Assembly: GCA_037142195.1 (NCBI GenBank)
Contig: JBAXBA010000100.1
Coordinates: forward strand, 1-12,404
DNA length: 12,404 bases
Origin: Pseudomonadota bacterium
GTDB taxonomy: Bacteria; Bdellovibrionota_B; Oligoflexia; Oligoflexales; CAIMVM01
Direction of reading: 5' to 3'
The notes below the pieces were generated by a model, which was given only the letters and a program-made list of their open reading frames with translations, made no database searches and was not told where the DNA came from. Positions within the stretch are counted from its first letter, which is position 1. Each line of letters begins with the position of its first letter. Of this stretch, positions 8,992-12,404 are shown one piece after another. A program made the translations under genes and the position numbers.

Positions 8992-10998
8992 ATGCGGAAA
9001 TGTAGGTGGTTGTCCTTAGTTTTGTTAAGTTCCACTTTTCTAGGTGGATGTGGAATGTTCCGCATGGAGGGAACTAAAAAGTCAATCAAAAAAGCTTGTG
9101 CGCTTTCTAATAGCGCCAATGTGCGGACGATGGACGAAAGGATTGCCGACCAGAATTACCGGAGTGGTGATGATCAGTCCTTGCCCTTTAGCAAGTGCGA
9201 AAACATCTATGCTTATATAGAAAAACAAAGAGAAAGATATCTAAGCTGCGAAGACCAGAGCGAGCCTATAGTGGCAAATGCCTATGAAGATGATAATAGG
9301 GTCAGTGCCGATGCCGATCAATCCCCTGAGGTGATGTCTGATCAGAAGTCCGCGGCGAGCCCCGATATACTAACTAATTTACGGGAGCGAGGAGTCGATG
9401 AAGCAGATTTAGCCAAGGTATCTAAGGACCATATCTTTGTGGCAAGTGCAGGGCAAATTGCCGTTTTAGATAGAAAGTCAAAACAGTGGATTGGTCTACT
9501 AAAGGTAAATGATTCCGATCCTAATTCCTCTATAGAGTCAGGCATGATGAGCCCAGAAACATCGCCGCTACTATTGACGAAAGATGAACAGCTCTTCGTA
9601 ATAACGGCATCCAGGATTCAGACCTATTCTTTGAAGGCTATGAGCATGCCCGTCTTAAAAGAAGAAGTAGCTTTATCACAACCACCCTCAGAGGTCAGAC
9701 TCATAGGAAGTCGATTGATCTTGCTATCCCATAATTATTCGTCCGCCATGTCAAGTGGCAGGCCTATTCTAGATGATCAAATGATTCGCTCACTTCCCTG
9801 CGGCTCTACCTACCCCGAATTGTATTCTTATAGTTCCAGTTATGGGCTTAGCACCACCGTTGTCAAATCTATAGATTTGAATGAGTTAAAGAATGAAAAG
9901 AGCTTTGCATTTTTGCAGAACTTTAATTCCTACATAACGACCAACAATATCTATCTTTACTCTCAGGACTATAGCCGTGACACGACCTATATAAGGAAGA
10001 TCAGCCTCAATGAAAAAGGCGATCTCTTAGAAGTGGCTACTGGATCTGTGCCAGGATTTATTAAGGATAGTTGGGCACTTTCCGAAAGTGGTACACGAGG
10101 TGAGTTTCTTTCGGTTGTAAGCACTTCGCTAACAAATAAATCGAGCCAACTCTCCATTTTGACCCCCAAAGAATCTCAACTCACGCTTGTTGGATCGGTC
10201 AGAGATTTTGGGATTGGCGAAGACGTCAAATCAGTTCGAAAAGTTGACAATGTTGTATTCGTGGTCACTTTTAGAGAAGTCGATCCTCTATTTGCCATTG
10301 ATATTTCCAATGTAACATCTCCAAAAATTCTAAGCTCCTTAAAGATTCCTGGATTCTCATCTTATATGCACCCATTTGGATCTAGTCGACTGATAGGACT
10401 TGGATACAGCAGTGGTAACAGAGGTTTCGATAGGTCTGTGCAAATGTCTCTTTTCGATACTACGGATTTGACGGATGTTAAAAGACTAGATGCGATAACT
10501 ATTGGTGCCCCTGGCAGTAGTTCTTTAGCCACAGTGGACTATCATGCCTTTTTTATGGATCAAGAAAATTCCTTAGTTGGAGTTCCTGTCGAGGATATTT
10601 CGATGATTAGCATCTTGCCTAGGGATAAAGCTGATGGGACATCGTCTCCTTTTCAAAATCCAGAAGTCACGACAACATCGCTTAATTCATCTGGTCATCT
10701 CACCTCGGGGGCAGCGCTCTATAGAATTGGTCCTAGTAGCATCAAGGCTCTTAAATTCATCCAGCATGATGATATCGCGATTCCTACAATTCCATTATCA
10801 AGTTCCGCCCCGTCATTTTGTCCTTGGTCTCCTAGCCCATCAAAGATATTGCGCATCTTGAAAATTGACAATCAGTTGGTTTCGATTTCAGCAAATGCAC
10901 TAAAAAGCTTTGACTTGACGGATGATCTACCCCTTGCTGCGAGCGCCGGTTGGGAGATCCCTCAGTCGTCTTGTTCCGCGATGTATCAAGACTATTAA
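8992..10998 (+). CDS. Beta-propeller domain lipoprotein (COG4880 / Pfam Beta_propel type)
   Basis: Family motifs TNLRERGVDEADLAK, GEDVKSVR, VVTFREVDPLFAIDIS and LKIPGFSSYMHP. Lipoprotein signal MRKCRWLSLVLLSSTFLGG-C. GGAG at 8982-8985 favours ATG 8992 over 8980. Confidence 0.92.
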   Translation: MRKCRWLSLVLLSSTFLGGCGMFRMEGTKKSIKKACALSNSANVRTMDERIADQNYRSGDDQSLPFSKCENIYAYIEKQRERYLSCEDQSEPIVANAYEDDNRVSADADQSPEVMSDQKSAASPDILTNLRERGVDEADLAKVSKDHIFVASAGQIAVLDRKSKQWIGLLKVNDSDPNSSIESGMMSPETSPLLLTKDEQLFVITASRIQTYSLKAMSMPVLKEEVALSQPPSEVRLIGSRLILLSHNYSSAMSSGRPILDDQMIRSLPCGSTYPELYSYSSSYGLSTTVVKSIDLNELKNEKSFAFLQNFNSYITTNNIYLYSQDYSRDTTYIRKISLNEKGDLLEVATGSVPGFIKDSWALSESGTRGEFLSVVSTSLTNKSSQLSILTPKESQLTLVGSVRDFGIGEDVKSVRKVDNVVFVVTFREVDPLFAIDISNVTSPKILSSLKIPGFSSYMHPFGSSRLIGLGYSSGNRGFDRSVQMSLFDTTDLTDVKRLDAITIGAPGSSSLATVDYHAFFMDQENSLVGVPVEDISMISILPRDKADGTSSPFQNPEVTTTSLNSSGHLTSGAALYRIGPSSIKALKFIQHDDIAIPTIPLSSSAPSFCPWSPSPSKILRILKIDNQLVSISANALKSFDLTDDLPLAASAGWEIPQSSCSAMYQDY

Positions 10999-11083
10999 AA
11001 TAGCTTTATGAATCACTCAGAGGGAATGGTTCGCTAAAACGAAACCCATAAAAGATCTTGTTAAGTTAATGGTTTCTTACTGT

Positions 11084-11120
11084 AAAACTAGCTGATTAAG
11101 GATGATTCTTGCTAGTTTTT
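11084..11120 (+). terminator. Inverted repeat downstream of the beta-propeller gene, possible terminator
   Basis: AAAACTAGC 11084-11092 pairs with GCTAGTTTT 11111-11119, with an 18-nt loop and a T-run at the end. The large loop and weak stem make it atypical. Confidence 0.3.
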
Positions 11121-11315
11121 CCCATTTTTGGGTTCTTGAATCAAAATCGTCGTGGTACCAGAGTTGACTCATCAGGATGCTAAGTGGTTGAGCCGAAAAT
11201 GAAAGCAAGATAGTGGATCATGGAATGACTCGAAGGTCGCATCTATTATAAACCTAGCTGCGATTTTAAGAAAGAGTATCAGGGCACTTCTCTTCTTGAG
11301 ATAGCTTCAAAGGTC

Positions 11316-11342
11316 TAAAAATGATCTTATGACAGCCGATTT
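11316..11342 (+). promoter_or_regulatory. Putative sigma-28 promoter inside the long intergenic region
   Basis: TAAA (11316-11319)-N15-GCCGATTT (11335-11342). Confidence 0.4.
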
Positions 11343-11434
11343 TTCTGCCAATGAAGTACAATTGTATTTCTTTTTGAGTTGAAATTTTCTGTCGTTTCCT
11401 TGATCCCAATACCCTGACTTCTTTTAAAAAATGA

Positions 11435-11618
11435 CAGGCCTCATCTCGAGACAAATTCTTTTCAAAAGGTGCTGTCTCTTATTCAGGCTCTATTATTGAG
11501 GAAGGAGCTTGCCTTTGTGCAAGCCTTCTACTGTTATCTCTAATTGTCTTGGTATTTCCTAAAGACAAACATAGATAACAGGGCCTGCCTCAATAGAGTC
11601 AAGAACGTCTCGGAATGA
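11435..11618 (+). ncRNA. Candidate multi-branched structured RNA with possible pseudoknot (family not recognised)
   Basis: Nested stems 11441-11460/11601-11618, 11486-11501/11588-11600, 11507-11512/11519-11524, 11531-11539/11573-11581 and 11544-11550/11562-11568. Crossing pair CAGGCC 11435-11440/GGCCTG 11582-11587. G-U pairs favour the + strand. Confidence 0.5.
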
Positions 11619-11752
11619 AATTATAATATTGAAAAGTCTCTATAGACGTTTATTATCAGAGGAAAGACTGATTTTTCTGCAGAACAGGTCGTCTTCAAAG
11701 AGCGTTATTTGAACGTTACGGAAGAAGAACCCTGATTTTAAAAGAGGTGCTT

Positions 11753-12160
11753 ATGATTCAAACCTTTCCGTCGAAAAAAGACGCTTGGCTAGTGGCTGTT
11801 TTATGGTTTGGCGTATTGTCCATGGCATTGCAAGTATTCATGGCGATTCAGGGAGTTTACGGAAAGCACAATATGTGGCTTCCCATTCTTTTTCCACTCA
11901 TAGGAGCAGTGGTAAGTCTATGGATTTTGTATGGAACCTACTATACGTTAGAGAAAGATATTCTTATTATCAAAAGTGGTCCTTTTTCATGGAAAATAGA
12001 GCGAAGTCAGATTCATGAAGTAAAGCCTTCCCGTGTGGCGCTGTCAAACCCTGCTCTATCATCAGATCGCCTATTGATTGTTTATGGGCCTAATAGAAAA
12101 AGAATTTGTATCTCCCCAGAACGTAAAGAGGAATTTATGAAGGCATTGGGTCACTATTAA
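11753..12160 (+). CDS. Membrane protein with bacterial PH domain (bPH_5-like)
   Basis: FPSKKDAW, two TM helices, then TYYTLEKDILIIKSGPF, PALSSDRLLIVYG and ISPERKEEF. SD GAGG at 11744-11747 favours ATG 11753 over GTG 11747. Confidence 0.85.
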   Translation: MIQTFPSKKDAWLVAVLWFGVLSMALQVFMAIQGVYGKHNMWLPILFPLIGAVVSLWILYGTYYTLEKDILIIKSGPFSWKIERSQIHEVKPSRVALSNPALSSDRLLIVYGPNRKRICISPERKEEFMKALGHY

Positions 12161-12168
12161 TACAGGAT

Positions 12169-12354
12169 TCACTTTCTTACAGCAGGAACTTTTATTTGAT
12201 CCTCTCTAGGCGGACGCATCTGTTGTTCGAAGCGCCCGTTGAATGGTAATGGGTCAATGGGCTTGTTAGAGGGAACTTCCTGGATAGCCGTCTTACCGCT
12301 GAAATTTAACGCTTGAGTCCATAAGGCTGTAGCTTGAAACCTAGGACGATTCCG
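12169..12354 (-). pseudogene. Possible 3' end of a convergent gene, cut off by in-frame stops near the window edge
   Basis: 61 open codons (RNRPRFQATALWTQALNFSGKTAIQEVPSNKPIDPLPFNGRFEQQMRPPREDQIKVPAVRK*) end 8 nt from the bPH gene stop. The 5' end has no start codon. In-frame TAG at 12357-12355 and TGA at 12399-12397. Confidence 0.3.
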
Positions 12355-12404
12355 CTACATGAAACTTACGCAATCTTGCGCATGCAAGCTTGCAGTTCAT
12401 TTCC

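Noticed and set aside
11020..11090. Cobalamin riboswitch (AGGGAA...ACTGTAA)
   Set aside because: The GCCCCCGC segment, GCCACTG and B12 box are absent at the proper spacing, and no B12-related gene follows.
11266..11454. 62-aa minus-strand ORF
   Set aside because: TTG start without a clear SD, no recognisable motif, and it overlaps the predicted structured region.
11653..11675. RNase P (GAGGAAAG) or SAM-I (TTATCA.GAG) start motifs
   Set aside because: The remaining conserved elements of both families are missing; this is only a small hairpin.
11000..11746. Group I/II intron, retron ncRNA, omega-RNA or CRISPR array
   Set aside because: No domain V or P7 consensus, no interrupted host gene, no RT/IscB/TnpB/Cas gene and no regularly spaced direct repeats.
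354..12018. Short alternative-frame or antisense ORFs in the track (e.g. 354-587, 1708-2046, 3481-3756, 4804-5013, 6840-7031, 7373-7585, 10634-10861, 11785-12018)
   Set aside because: They are shadows of well-supported genes and show no protein-family features.
12202..12271. Integron attC-like site (CTCTAACAAGCCC on minus; CTCTAG..TTAGAG ends)
   Set aside because: Only one AAC/GTT core is present, internal symmetry is poor, and no integrase or cassette array is seen.

Overview
This is a bacterial chromosomal window, roughly 40% GC by eye. The TIGR02147-family gene and sigma-28-like promoters suggest a Bdellovibrionota/Oligoflexia-like organism (inference). In order: (1) a large 5'-truncated Ser/Thr kinase-AAA ATPase-TPR-GAF-like signalling gene, with an in-frame TAA at the kinase APE motif and a degenerate phosphatase-like C-terminus; (2) tatA, tightly followed by two overlapping ArsA/Get3-like ATPases of the Rv3679/Rv3680 (BagA/BagB) type; (3) a TIGR02147/DUF4423 HTH gene coupled to a small lipoprotein, divergent from a COG4880 beta-propeller lipoprotein, with sigma-28-like promoters and a thrice-repeated 12-bp motif between them; (4) a ~750-nt gene-free region with extensive base-pairing potential, including a multi-stem domain with a possible pseudoknot, which is the best candidate for something undescribed; (5) a bPH_5-type membrane protein and a stop-interrupted convergent ORF fragment. 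No CRISPR array, tRNA, rRNA or transposase was seen. All family calls come from motif recognition and all folds were done by hand.
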